Shown here piece by piece: positions 39,238 through 50,842 of a DNA stretch of 64,000 bases (the stretch's first letter is position 1; every line of letters starts with the position of its first letter). This DNA is from Lama glama. Taxonomy: Eukaryota. The stretch spans positions 25,484,001 to 25,548,000 of the forward strand of contig CM052818.1 of assembly GCA_028534125.1 (NCBI GenBank), read 5' to 3'. Both the position numbers and the translations under genes were made by a program. The notes below the pieces were generated by a model. The model was not told where the DNA came from. It saw nothing but the letters and a program-made list of their open reading frames with translations, and made no database searches.

Positions 39238-39251
39238 GTGCCATCTGGTGG
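39238..39251 (-). promoter_or_regulatory. Candidate CTCF binding motif
   Basis: Minus strand CCACCAGATGGCAC matches the CTCF core CCASYAGRKGGCRS; motif match only. Confidence 0.5.
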
Positions 39252-41999
39252 TGATCTGAAGCATACAGCTCGTTGAATTCTTGGTGGATGTGGCGCCGGG
39301 GTCTAGCTTCTAAGGCGGACCAGCAATCATGCAGAGCTGACTTTGCCCCCTCCTGACAAGGGTTCGGACAGGACTGTTTGAGCCTGAGGTTATGACTCTA
39401 CGTGGATCAATCAGACCAGGAAAAGCCAACTTCTCCGTCCTCCTACAACTGAACAACAGCCCGCACGTTCCCCTAAGGCTTCCGCTGACCACCTGTGCCC
39501 CTGCAGTGCCCAGCCATTTCGGCTGTGGCAGGGCTGGGTCGAAACAACCTGAGGGGGCTCCTGAGCACTGCTGAGAAAAAGAATTCATTTTTATAGGTTT
39601 GAGAAGACGGGCAACCTCAGATTTGAGTGCCAGGTATGTAGTTTGTGGTGGGTGTTATTTTCAGCCCCAGGTGACTTTTCCAGGGGGTAGGAAGTGCTGA
39701 AGTTTTGCAGTTTGTGACGGGAAAGATAGTAAACGTTAATAAATTTATTTGTATCTTTGTATGGGAGGAAGAACACCAGTAGGGACAAGGAATGATCTTG
39801 TCTGCCCTGTATTTCATTCAGCTGGTCTATTTAAGTAAAACACACATGGAGCCTTCAGAAAGCTTAGAAAAAAGAAGAAACACAGCAAGTGAAGGAGGAG
39901 GGTGAAAATCTAATGCCAGGTAGAACAGGGGCAACCCGGCAAAACTCGAAAACCAGAGATTTCATATTAGTGCTAAGAATAGTGAGCTGAAGCTTTTCTC
40001 TTCTTGGGCCATGAAAACAAGAAAGAGGGTAGCAAATAACGAACATGAATAGCATCGTCATGGGTATGAGAAGTAGCCATCATCTTACTGTCACTGGGGA
40101 TGGTACGGCAGTTTTAATTTGTATTAATCTCAGGATTTGGGGGAAAGGCTCACTTTTTCCTCAGTAAAGGGTCATGAGAAATAGGACGTGACAGCAAGTA
40201 GAAAAGAGCCTCAGTGAGCTGAGATCATATTCCTACTCGATAAGTAAGCAGAGATCTGAGGTAAGAACTCACGGGCTGTTAAGAGAGAAGCCTGAGTTTT
40301 GAAACTGGAAGAGACAGAAAGTCGACTTCTGGCTGAGACATGTGGCATACTGCTCTTAGTCACGGTGGCATCTTTGAAACTACGAGGTCCTTAGAGAAGC
40401 TGTGTGATGTTGAAAGAGCGCAAGGCCCAGGGTCAGGCAGGCCTGGGTTTGAATGCCAGTGCTAATTGACTGTGTGCCTTTAATCCTCTCTGGACCTGAG
40501 TTTCTTCATCTACAAAGTAGGATTCACAGGGTTTCTGTGAAGATTTCATGGAGTCATAAACGAAGTGCCAAGCACGGGGCCACATTACTGTGTTCAACAG
40601 TAAATAATCCTCCTTTCTCTCCTCGCCCCATCCCCAGATTTTTAGAGACCAGAAAGGGATGCTCCTGGCTGAGAAGCTTGGATGTGGAGGCAAAGCCACA
40701 TCAAAAGGTAGATTGGGTTTTAGATGGTAAACTGAGCAGGCCTTTGGTAATAGCAAGAAACTAGAGGCCAGAGACTTCTCAGAGGGCTGAAGGGGCAATC
40801 TGGGAGGGTAAGACAAGCTTGACTGGGATGAAGGAGGGGGAATTAAGTGGCCAGATGGGAAAGGAAGGACCAGCAAGAATCGGAGTGCCACTGAGAGAAG
40901 ATGAGGCCCAGTCCAGAGCCTGTGTTGGTCACAGCTTTAGCCGAGTCACATGACCCTTTCTGCTCTTTGTTGCTTTCTATTTTGTGTATATAGTTTTGCA
41001 GTGAAATAATTCTCGAAAATAGTTGAGCCATTTGTGGGTTTGTCAGGGAATGTTTTCTCACTTCAGTCACTTACTTAGATAGGGGCAGCGTTGTGTTTTG
41101 GTCCTTGGGGTGTGTTGCTGGCAGCTGCAAAGCCCAGTAAATTGGGAAGGGGGTGATAAGGATCAGGAAAACATCATCAGGGCTTCCCTAGATAGATTCA
41201 CAATTTATGAACTGCCAGTGTATATTACCTGATAGAATATTTAAAGTAATAATGCCGTATTTGTCCTTAATAGTCTGTCATCCAAACTTTCCATTTATTT
41301 GGATTGGCCTTTTCCTTAATTGACTTGGGTTACTGTGTCTTTATTACATTAGTTTTTTTCCACCAAATCATAGTTTCTCCTTCCTGCTTTCTCCCAAAAG
41401 AGAGAGAAGCAGAAAAAAATCTAAAGTTTGTGAACAGATAATAGATCGAGGAGTATTGTAACCCTGGGGCTAGGGTGCTGTTACATCTGTCACAGACTCT
41501 ATGGAAACATTGCTCCACAGCTCAGGTGCCCATACTCACAAATTATCCAGGATCATGTGAACAAATAAAAAGAAAGGTCTAAGTTCAGAGTTATATCAGC
41601 GCTGTATCATTTATCCAGTAGCCACTTCAGAACTCCATTGCATCTATACCCTTGTACTTCCACGAGAAGTGATCCCAGGCGTCTTCCATGATCCCAGGGA
41701 ACATGAGGATGGCAGCAGATGGCAATGTCTCCCTCCCTGTAGCATTTACTCCCCCTCTAGGTTCCTAACAAACATGCTAGGGACACTGAAAGCCCCAGAG
41801 GCTACACTCATTTTCTTCTCTGCTTACTGTCTAAATTTGAGACTTGCCAAGGGTTACCTGCTGTCACTGCCTAGTTTTCTTTTCAAAGACTGTTTCTGGA
41901 ACTCTTTATAGGTCTTAGAATTCCCGAAGTGGAAACAGTAAACAACTTACCTTAAATTTTAATCAATCTGAAAAACAAAGGCAATGAATACATGGATAC

Positions 42000-42129
42000 C
42001 TTCTCTCTTTGGGATTCCTCTTTCCATCTGACCCCTGGAATGTTGCCTTGATCTTCAGGATCAGAGAGATGTTAATGACATATTTTCTTTCTGATTCAAG
42101 CAGTTCTAGAGCCACAGTCTGTCTTTTAG
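42000..42129 (-). CDS. ARHGEF33: ARHGEF33 coding exon, start of DH domain, (A)KRQTVALELLESERKYVINISLILKIKATFQGSDGKRNPKER(S)
   Basis: Acceptor tttttacag, donor gtatcc, phase 1-2; ELLESERKYV is a DH conserved-region-1 motif. Confidence 0.95.
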
Positions 42130-42899
42130 CTGTAAAAACAAACCAAGGAGGGAATTTTTGTTAACCACTCTTCCCTGAAACCCAATTAAATGATAGGAAG
42201 CAATAAAAAGATACTGAAAGCGAAATAAAGAGACACCAGCAAGTTTCTGGAAGATGGAAGACAGAATGGAGGCATGGTTATTAATTCAGCACAGTAAAGA
42301 GCACAAAACCCTCTCCTTTGGTGTTTTCATCTGCAGATGGAAAATCTGAGAAGCAGAAAGGCTCAAGGATCATTGGCACCAAGGCATTACAGAAAGTACA
42401 AAGAAGGGCCAATGCTGGAAACCGGAGAGACGGTCTACATAAAGTGCAAGTGAACCTCCAGCTCCCCACCCCTATGCCAGTTGGCTTCCTCATTTCTACC
42501 CCATGGGAAACAAGAAGAATTAAACTAGAGAAGCCCAAGTCTTTGGTACATGGGATAAATACATCAGACATGGTAGAAGGCAGAGTTGAGATGCTAAAAT
42601 GCAAAGAAGAGGACTCAGAGAAGGCTTGCATACTGAACAGTGAGCTCCCTCAGCCCCTTTTGCTGCAGATCCCAGAATGCCAGCAGCCAGACTTACACTG
42701 CCCAGGCATGAGGCAGGAGGATATTTCACTGGAGAAACTGAACTGTCCAAGCAAAAAAGATCTACAAACACTGACATAAAGAGGTCACCTATCAAAAAGT
42801 TAATTTGCCACCTGGTTAGCCAATAGTGAAGTCTACCTATTGATAACCTTAGCCAACACAAAATTTTTCGGTCTCTTTTAATTCAGGGCCCTTTCTTGG

Positions 42900-45700
42900 G
42901 TATAAATAATTAGCTAAGAATCCTCAAACATTTGAATCAATCTTACAACATAAAAGAAAAAGAAGGGAAAAATTATATATATATACTTTTTTTTTTGAAG
43001 GAAGAGGGGAACCATGAATAAATAGAGACAATGCAGAAAACAAAAGAAAACTTTTAAAAAAATCTTATAATTAATATCCTCAAAGAGTTACCAAAAAAAT
43101 AGCCATTTAGTAATTACAGGATGCTATTTTTTAAAAAAGACAAACAATAAAAAGGAAGAAACTTTTTCGCATTTTTTAAAGGAATAGAAGATAAATTCAA
43201 GGAAGCTTGCCCATCTACCTCCTACCCACTCCACCCCCCCAAAAAAATCAAGAGAGAGACATACAGCAAAAGATGGTAATGGAAAAGATAAATCCAGGAA
43301 ATCCAATATAAATTAGTAGAAGTTTCAGGTAAAAGAAAGAAAATGAGTGAGAAGATATTATCAAATTAATAATAGGGGGGAAGGATATAATTCAGTGGTA
43401 AAGCAAGTGTTTAGCATGCACAGGGTCCTGGGTTCAATCCTCAGTACCTCCATTAGGAAATAAATAAACCCTATTACCTCCCCTCACCCCCCCAAATAAA
43501 AAATTTAAAAATTAATTTAAAAACATTAATAATAGAAAAAAATATCAGGACATGTATTTCCAGAGGAAAAGGCTAATTGCACTCAGAATAATTAATGAAA
43601 AACCTGCCATGTCATTGTAAGGCACACTACATCACTGTGAAACTTTAGCACATCAAAGATAAAGAAAAGATCCTAAATGTTAGAAAAGTCAGGTAACATA
43701 CAAAGGACTGAGGATTAGAATGGTATTGGACTTTTTATTAGAAACATTAGAAGTTTGAGGACCATGGACAGTTGTTTCAAAATGATGATGGAAATGATTT
43801 TATATTCAGCTACATGAATTATCAGCAAATCATGTGGAAGCTACTGGACCAGGTATTCCACCAAAACAAGGAGTAAACCAAGAAACCAAGAAGGATATGC
43901 AAAAAACCCCACAAAACCCCAAATAGGAAGCTAACATAGGAAAAATTTGAAGGGAATTACCAGGAAGACTGAGAAGTTCCAGGATGGCAGCAGTGCAATG
44001 AGCCAGATGGACTAGGATGACAGGGCAAATGCTTTACAAAACAAAATGTAAATGATAGATTTTCTGTTACATTGCTAAGAAAAATTAAAGAAGACCTATA
44101 CAAAAGGAGACATATACCATATGCTTCGATTGGAACATCAATAATAGAAGATGTCAGTTCTCTACTAATTGGAATAAAAAGAATATAGTATCTAGAATTA
44201 AACCCACCCATATGTGATCAGTTGACTTTTCCTGTGCAATTCAATGTGGAAAGGAAGGTATTTTCAGTAAACAGAGCTGAAGCAACTGGATAGCCACATG
44301 GGAAATAAAAAGGAACCTGGACTCCTTCCTCATACCACACATCAAAATTTATTCAAGGTAATTATTAATAAAAAATTAACATTGAAAAAATTTATTTAAG
44401 TCAGACCTAAATGAGAAAGCTGAAACTATATCTTATAAGAAAACATATTAGGATATCTTTATAACCCTAGAATAGGCAAAAATTTCTTGGAAGAACATGG
44501 AAGTTACAAGCTATTTTAAAAGTTTCAAATTGATAAATTGAACTTCATTAAAATTAAGAATGTCTATTTATCAAAAGACTATTTCAAAAGTGAAAAGTTA
44601 AGCCATATAATGGAGTAAAATATTCTCAACACATATCTGACAGAGACTCACATCTAAAATAAATTAAGAAACCCTACTAACAGAGAATAAAAAGATAAGT
44701 TAGACAAAGGACTTACATAGGCACTTCATAAAAGAAATTATATAAATAGCCAATAAGCATATGGAAGGATGCTCAACACCATTAGTCCTCAGGGCAGTGC
44801 AAATTAAAACTACAATATGATACCAGGACACAGCCTGGTATCTTAATTTGAACAAGAATGGTTCAAATTAAAAAGACTGACCATACTAAATACTGAGAAG
44901 GCTATAAGGCAACTGGACCTCTCATGCATTTGCTGATAAGAGTGTAAATGGTCCAGCCACTTTGGTAAACTGCTTGATGTTTTCTTTTAAAGTTAAATAT
45001 GATCCTATAAACTAAAGTCTACTCCTAGGTATACACCCAAGAGAAATTCGGGCATACACTAAAAAAGAAAAAAAAAAAAGACTTACACAAGAACATTCAT
45101 AGCAGTTTTCCTCATAATAACCCTAAGCTGGAAGCAATCCAAATGTCCAGCAACAGGAGAATGGACAAATTGTGGTAAATTCATTCAATATGATTAATAA
45201 AAAGGAATACACTACTGAATAAATTACACACAACATATTATGTTGGGAGAAAGAGGCCAGACACAAAGGCTACATGTTGTAATATTCCATTTATATGGAG
45301 TTCAAGAACAGACACAACTAATTTACGGTGACAGAAGTCAGAATAGTGGTTCTGTGGGTGGGTATTGCCTGGAAAGGTGCATGGGCGAACTTTCTGGGGT
45401 AATATTTCTATTATTAGAAATATTAACGTACTTATTATAGAGATCTGTATATCATGACCTGGGTAGTGATCATAAGGGGGACAGTGAGCTTGAGCTTAAG
45501 CTTTGTGAATTTTACTCTATGTAAATTAATCATCAATAAAGTACTGATTGAAAACAGTAGCATAAACTCTTCTTAAGAAATGGAAGCAAGTACCAGAAAA
45601 AAACTGTCAAAAGAATTTAAAGTGGTCACTGCTGTACTTCATAATAAACCTTTTAGTATGATGTCATTTTTCATGTATTTGATAATAAAAATATTAAAAT
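42900..45700 (+). mobile_element. Old degenerate L1 (L1M-type): ORF1 remnant, ORF2 3' part and 3'UTR (boundaries approximate)
   Basis: A-rich + strand with L1 motifs aaagataaagaaaagatcctaaa, gcaactggatagccacatgg, gatgctcaacaccattagtc, ctactcctaggtatacacccaagagaa, gaagcaatccaaatgtcc. No intact ORF. Confidence 0.8.
43376..43524 (+). mobile_element. tRNA-derived SINE (Vic-1-like) nested in L1
   Basis: Same head with B box GGTTCAATCC; TSD attaataatag at 43365-43375 and 43525-43535. Confidence 0.88.
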
Positions 45701-46162
45701 TGTTGGAGGGAAATGTCATTGTCTGACGTACAGTAAGTGCTCAGTGATGATTTATGATTTGAAAAAAAGAAAGGAGGAAAGAAGGAGGGAGAACAGACCC
45801 TGTGCAGTGTTTGGCGTTTTGGTGGTAGACCCCTGATACAAGATTTATATATTGAAGTTACCATATCACTGAATACAAGGTCACAAAATTCTTCCCTCTT
45901 CTCCACTAACCTTATGCCTTTTTTTCCCCCAAAGTGCTACATTACTAAATGTTGTGGAGACCTAGAATCAAGCTGGTGGTCACAGTTGGCCACGTGACCA
46001 CAGGTGAGTCCCTTCTCCTCTATAGACTTTAGTTTATTTGTCTTGGAAGGAAACCAGAAACTGGATGGTCTCATATGTCCAGTGCATCTAAATTGCAAGG
46101 ATTCCAGCCCTTAGGTTTCCTGTTCTTTACAATTTCAGCCTGCACTCCCCCTTGGGACTTAC

Positions 46163-46387
46163 CAGCTAAAGAGGTTTCACATAAAACATTTTCCAAGGAG
46201 CTGTGTCTGCCCTGGCCAGCTTCCTTAAGTTTGTCTGGATGGTCTTTCGTGACATATTCCTCACCCCATTCTTTACCCTCCTTAGGCTGCCTCCACACAC
46301 CAGATGAGAGATGGCCCTTGGGTTGGATATCAGCTGAGAGGCAAGACTTAAGGTTTTCTTCTGCTTCTGGAGTTGTTGGGTTCATTC
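46163..46387 (-). CDS. ARHGEF33: ARHGEF33 coding exon, (G)MNPTTPEAEENLKSCLSADIQ...ENVLCETSLA
   Basis: Acceptor tatttttcag, donor gtaagt, phase 1-1, 225 nt. Confidence 0.95.
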
Positions 46388-47207
46388 CTGAAAAATAACA
46401 TCTGCCATCAAGTTCTGATTTTTTAAAAATTATATTTCTTACTAACTTAAATATTATGCCCCTGTTTGGGTACAACTGTCCCTCGAGGACTAAATGTATC
46501 AACTAAGGATTAAGTCTCCGCAGTTACAATGGATCACCTTTCTCTGATTCTGGTCTATATATTCTTTACTCTTTGCACATAGTCTCTACTGAATAAGGAC
46601 TTTTAAAAAATACATTTTGAAAGCAATATAACTAATTTACAGTAGTATATACTGGTCCCTGAATATTCTTCCTTTCAGGTGAGCAAACTAGGGAAGAAAA
46701 TACAGGAAGAGGAGGAAGGAGGATGCCAAAGACAGTGTCTTATTTTGGAATTTGTCCTCCTTGGTCCTGGAAGGTAAGTTTCCAAAAGGCCAGAAGAAGG
46801 CAGAGAGGGAAGAAGAAATAATTTATAAAATCCTGGTGAGTTATTTCTTAAGTAAGTAACTTTTAAATTGTGTAAACCATAAATTATGTGTGGTCTATGG
46901 GAAATTTATGTCAGCCTACAAACACCTAGGAGTTCTCAGCAAATGTTAACTCATCAGTAATTGAAATGAGCCTGAAGGAACCAGGAATACGGATTTTGTC
47001 TTTCCTACCCTTTCTCTCTCTCTGGGTTTAACTGAGCCACTGACCTGCTCCAGGACACATCTTGGAATCTTAGTAGCCATACTGCTTTATCTTGCCTGAG
47101 TTCTTTCATGCCTGGTTTGGAACTGAGTGGGTAGAAGCAGGGAAGGTAGAAGAAGGGAAAGGGTGGAATTGCAAGAAGAAAAGAGGACTCAGAGTAGAGC
47201 CGCTTAC

Positions 47208-47267
47208 CAGGGCCCATCATCCCCTTCACATTGCTGTCTGCTACATGCAAGGATCTGGACTCTTGGG
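47208..47267 (-). CDS. ARHGEF33: ARHGEF33 coding exon, (A)QESRSLHVADSNVKGMMGP(G)
   Basis: Acceptor ttcctctgcag, donor gtaagc, phase 1-1, 60 nt. Confidence 0.93.
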
Positions 47268-49756
47268 CTGCAGAGGAAGGAAAGCTTTCAGTCAGTATTC
47301 ATTCCACTGACACGGACTGGCACCTTCTATGAGCTAGGAACTGAGATAGACTCACAGAGTTTACATTTTACTGAGGGAGACAGAACAGTAAAATAAATAA
47401 ATAAATAAAATTACAATATAGTGTGGCAAATGCTATTTCCCCATCTCTAAAAAGATACAATAAGTGGTACTTACCGCATAGATGACCGTAAGAATTAAAT
47501 TAGATAATCTTTCTTAATTGCACACAAGAAGAGCTAAATTATTATTTAACTATGATGGTGAGGATGGCAATGTTAAGCAGAGCCAGAATGATGCTGTTGA
47601 AATGTAAGTCAGACCCTGTCACACCTCTGCTTAGCCCTCCAGAGACTTCCCATTTCAGTGCAAAGGCCAAAGAACTTAGAATGATCATAAGGCCAATCAT
47701 AAGGCCTTAAAATATCTGCCCCCGCTGACCCTCTACTTGCTATTTCCTTTCTTTCTTAAAAAAAAAAAAACACATCTATTGTCTCCCTGTTCATTCTGCT
47801 TTAGCCCCATTGGTCTTCTTGCCATTCCTTGAACATGTCAGTTCTTCTCCCTCCAGGACCCTGGGGCTAATTCCCTTTTCTCCCCGGAAACCATAAATTA
47901 ACTTTCTTCCTTCCTTCAGGTCTTTACCTGGCACCCTCTCTAGAATTACACCTGCATTTCCTTATTTGTCTTCTTACCACTCCCTAACATACTACATGTT
48001 TTATTTATCTTTTTCATTGTCCGCTTCCTTCAGAACAAGAGCTCCTTCACGGTAGGAATTCTTGTTGTTTTGTTCATTATGACATCCCACCACCTGAATC
48101 AGTGCCTGGGGTGGGTGGACGGATGGATGGATGGATGGAAGGAAGGATGAATGCGTAGTGGGACGCTCAGCACCTTGACTGCAACCTTATGAGAGATCTT
48201 GTGCCGGAGGCACCCAGCTAAGCTGTGCGCAGATTCCTGCCTCAGAGAAACTGTGGCACAATGAGTGTTTGCTATTTTAAGATACTGAATTTGGGGTCCA
48301 TAGATAACAATGACACTGTTTTATAATTAACAGAGAGTAAGCCAACCCTTTGAAAGTACGGTCTTTTGACCTCTAGTTTTAATATAATCTACCGCCAGTC
48401 GTATCCAGAATGTCTTACGATGGCACATTATCACCAAATTTCTGCAGCAACTCAGCAGAATAAACCATGCTATGTAAGCTGTACCTATGTAACTGGGAAG
48501 GAACGAGGATTTGGCACCAAACAGCTAATTTAAATCCATCTGGGCACTTTGCAAATATAACTTTAAATCTTTTACTTTGTGAACGTGGTGAGCTCGACAT
48601 TGCTCTGAACTCTACTTTCCAAGCCCATTCTCTGTTCTTCCCTAACAAGATCATTCTTTTGTGTCATGCTGTCTATGACATGGTGCATAAAAGGCAGAGT
48701 GGGATGAACCCACTCCTCAGATGAATCAAGTGAGTTTTCCGAGGCTACACCTATTGAATCTCTGAAATAACTACTCAAATGGGTAAAAGCTAAAAATAAA
48801 AAAGCAAGTCTGTACTTTAAAGTTAATAACAATTAAAAGCCATTTGATTTAGATCTTTAAATTCAAAGCATATTCATTGTTTATAAATATATGAGCCACA
48901 TTGCTTCTTAAGCCATAAAGGTAGAAAAACTACCAGCCCTGCCCTTGAGGAGCTTGCAATTGGTTGAGAGGTCATTGAGCCTCTTTTGGAGACTTTTGAC
49001 ATGAGACCAAAAAAAAAAAAAAAGAGGAAAATTCATCCAAACAGTGTTAATATCTACAGTCATACTCCTGTGTACTCTGCTAGACATAGTTGAGGATACA
49101 AAGATATAACAAATATGTAATCAAACATGGTTATTGACATCCCTTGGAAAGCCTGTTTCTTTAGTACTGCCTTATTTTCTAACATCTTTTCTTTCCCTCA
49201 GATGAGGGATGAGGTTGCAACTGTTTCAGCCCACAGACCACACCAGCTCAGTTTTCCTAAGTGAGGGGAGTACAGAGTTAGACTGCCACTGACAGCACTG
49301 CCTGCCAGTTAGGGCAGATAGGACTTCTCATACCAGTGAAACCTTTGCTGAAAAAAAAAAAAAGGAGAACACACACTTTTATGTCTCTGCAGAGAGACAA
49401 GGATCAAGAAGTAATGTAGAAAATGAAACAATTCATCAGAGTGAATAATTTTTTAGTATTTTCTCCTATGGTTGGTATAGTAATATTGTGCAATGACTAA
49501 TTTCTAATCCATTTGAAAGTCAGAGTACCCAGATTAGGGTTTTCCCAAAAAAGAAAATCTTTAAAAATTGTGTAGACTCTCCCCATCTCTTAGATCCTAT
49601 GGATTCTTCTAAATCCCAGTTACAAAAGGAAAAATTCTGAGCGATACACCATTTTCCTCTAATAAGGATGGAGGACGTGTGTATTCTCCACGTTACTTAA
49701 GCCCTAGGAATCAAGGAAAAATACTTGGCTAATTCAGTACAATTTGTGAACTGTAC

Positions 49757-49899
49757 CTTTTTCATAGGCCTGAGAAGGCAAAAGGTTTGTAAAGTCTTCA
49801 TTTGGAAGGACAGGCTCAGGGATGTTGATTGAACGGAAGGGGCTTCCTTGTGCTTGAGCAGGCCCGGCCTGTGAGCCGTGTTCTTCTTTCTGAGTTTTC
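49757..49899 (-). CDS. ARHGEF33: ARHGEF33 coding exon, (K)KTQKEEHGSQAGPAQAQGSPFRSINIPEPVLPNEDFTNLLPSQAYEK(A)
   Basis: Acceptor tttcccttccctag, donor gtacag, phase 2-1, 143 nt. Confidence 0.93.
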
Positions 49900-50227
49900 C
49901 TAGGGAAGGGAAACAAAGGGACTTCAGACATAATGGGTTAAGAAGAGAGTCAGTTCATGTTTTTATAGTTGAAGTCAAATTCTACATGCCACTTTACATC
50001 ATTTTTATTTACCTTCTATTGTATTAAGTACCTTTATTGTGTAATAGTCACCATTCATTTTTAGTATTAACCAACTTTGATGCTGTATAACCTTCGTTGC
50101 ATGCTGACCTGTGGAGCTGAGTGGCCAGCTAGCTATACACCAATAGCGGGGAAAGTGTTCCCAGTGCCTTTGTATAAGCCATTGCCTATAGGTTTTCCTT
50201 TGGTCGATTTTTCTGTAGGACACTCAC

Positions 50228-50349
50228 TTGGCTTTAACTTTTCGAGATTCTCTTCGCTTCTCCTGTTGAAGCTGTTCAATTTTCTGTTGCATTTCTTCTT
50301 GTTTGGAAGTGATGGCCTGGATCATTGACATGGCATTGCTCAGCTCTTC
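50228..50349 (-). CDS. ARHGEF33: ARHGEF33 coding exon, coiled coil, EELSNAMSMIQAITSKQEEMQQKIEQLQQEKRRESRKVKA(K)
   Basis: Acceptor cattttttag, donor gtgagt, phase 0-2, 122 nt. Confidence 0.95.
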
Positions 50350-50677
50350 CTAAAAAATGAGAATCAATATGTATTTAATCTGGTATATGGCCTAAAAGTA
50401 TATAACATAATATCTAGTACACAGTAAGCTTTTAATATATATTTGTTAAAGGAATGAATGAATGAGATGAAAATTTTACTTCTGTTATAGTTCCTAATTT
50501 TAACACAGAGATCCAAGAAATTAAAACATGAAATAGATATTTTCCCATGAAAATTAATGAATAGACCAGAGGGAAATTCCTGTATTTGGCTGCTATGCAA
50601 AAAGGCAGGTTTCCTACTTCTGTTACTAAGACCAGAAATCTCTCTTCAGCAGGGAAATAGAAGAAAGAGGGGCCTAC

Positions 50678-50842
50678 CTTGAAATAATTTAATGAATTCT
50701 TCATCTCAGTAACTTTTTCTTCCATGGAACATCTGCAGCTCTTAACCTTCTCTTCCAAAGCATATTCTCCATGTTGAATTCTTGACAGTTCTTGCATTGC
50801 TTCTGTGAAGCCAGTTTTGAGTTCAGAGGCTAGGGCCTGCAA
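50678..50842 (-). CDS. ARHGEF33: ARHGEF33 coding exon, coiled coil, LQALASELKTGFTEAMQELSRIQHGEYALEEKVKSCRCSMEEKVTEMKNSLNYFK
   Basis: Acceptor tattatttag, donor gtaggc, phase 0-0, 165 nt. Confidence 0.96.

Noticed and set aside
41951..41967. 17-nt microexon (tttttcag|...|gtaagt on the minus strand)
   Set aside because: The intron from the upstream exon would be only 32 nt, too short to splice; treated instead as an alternative donor.
42281..42861. 153-aa and overlapping ORFs
   Set aside because: Adjacent to and probably part of the degenerate L1; non-ATG start for the longest one and no recognisable protein or splice support.
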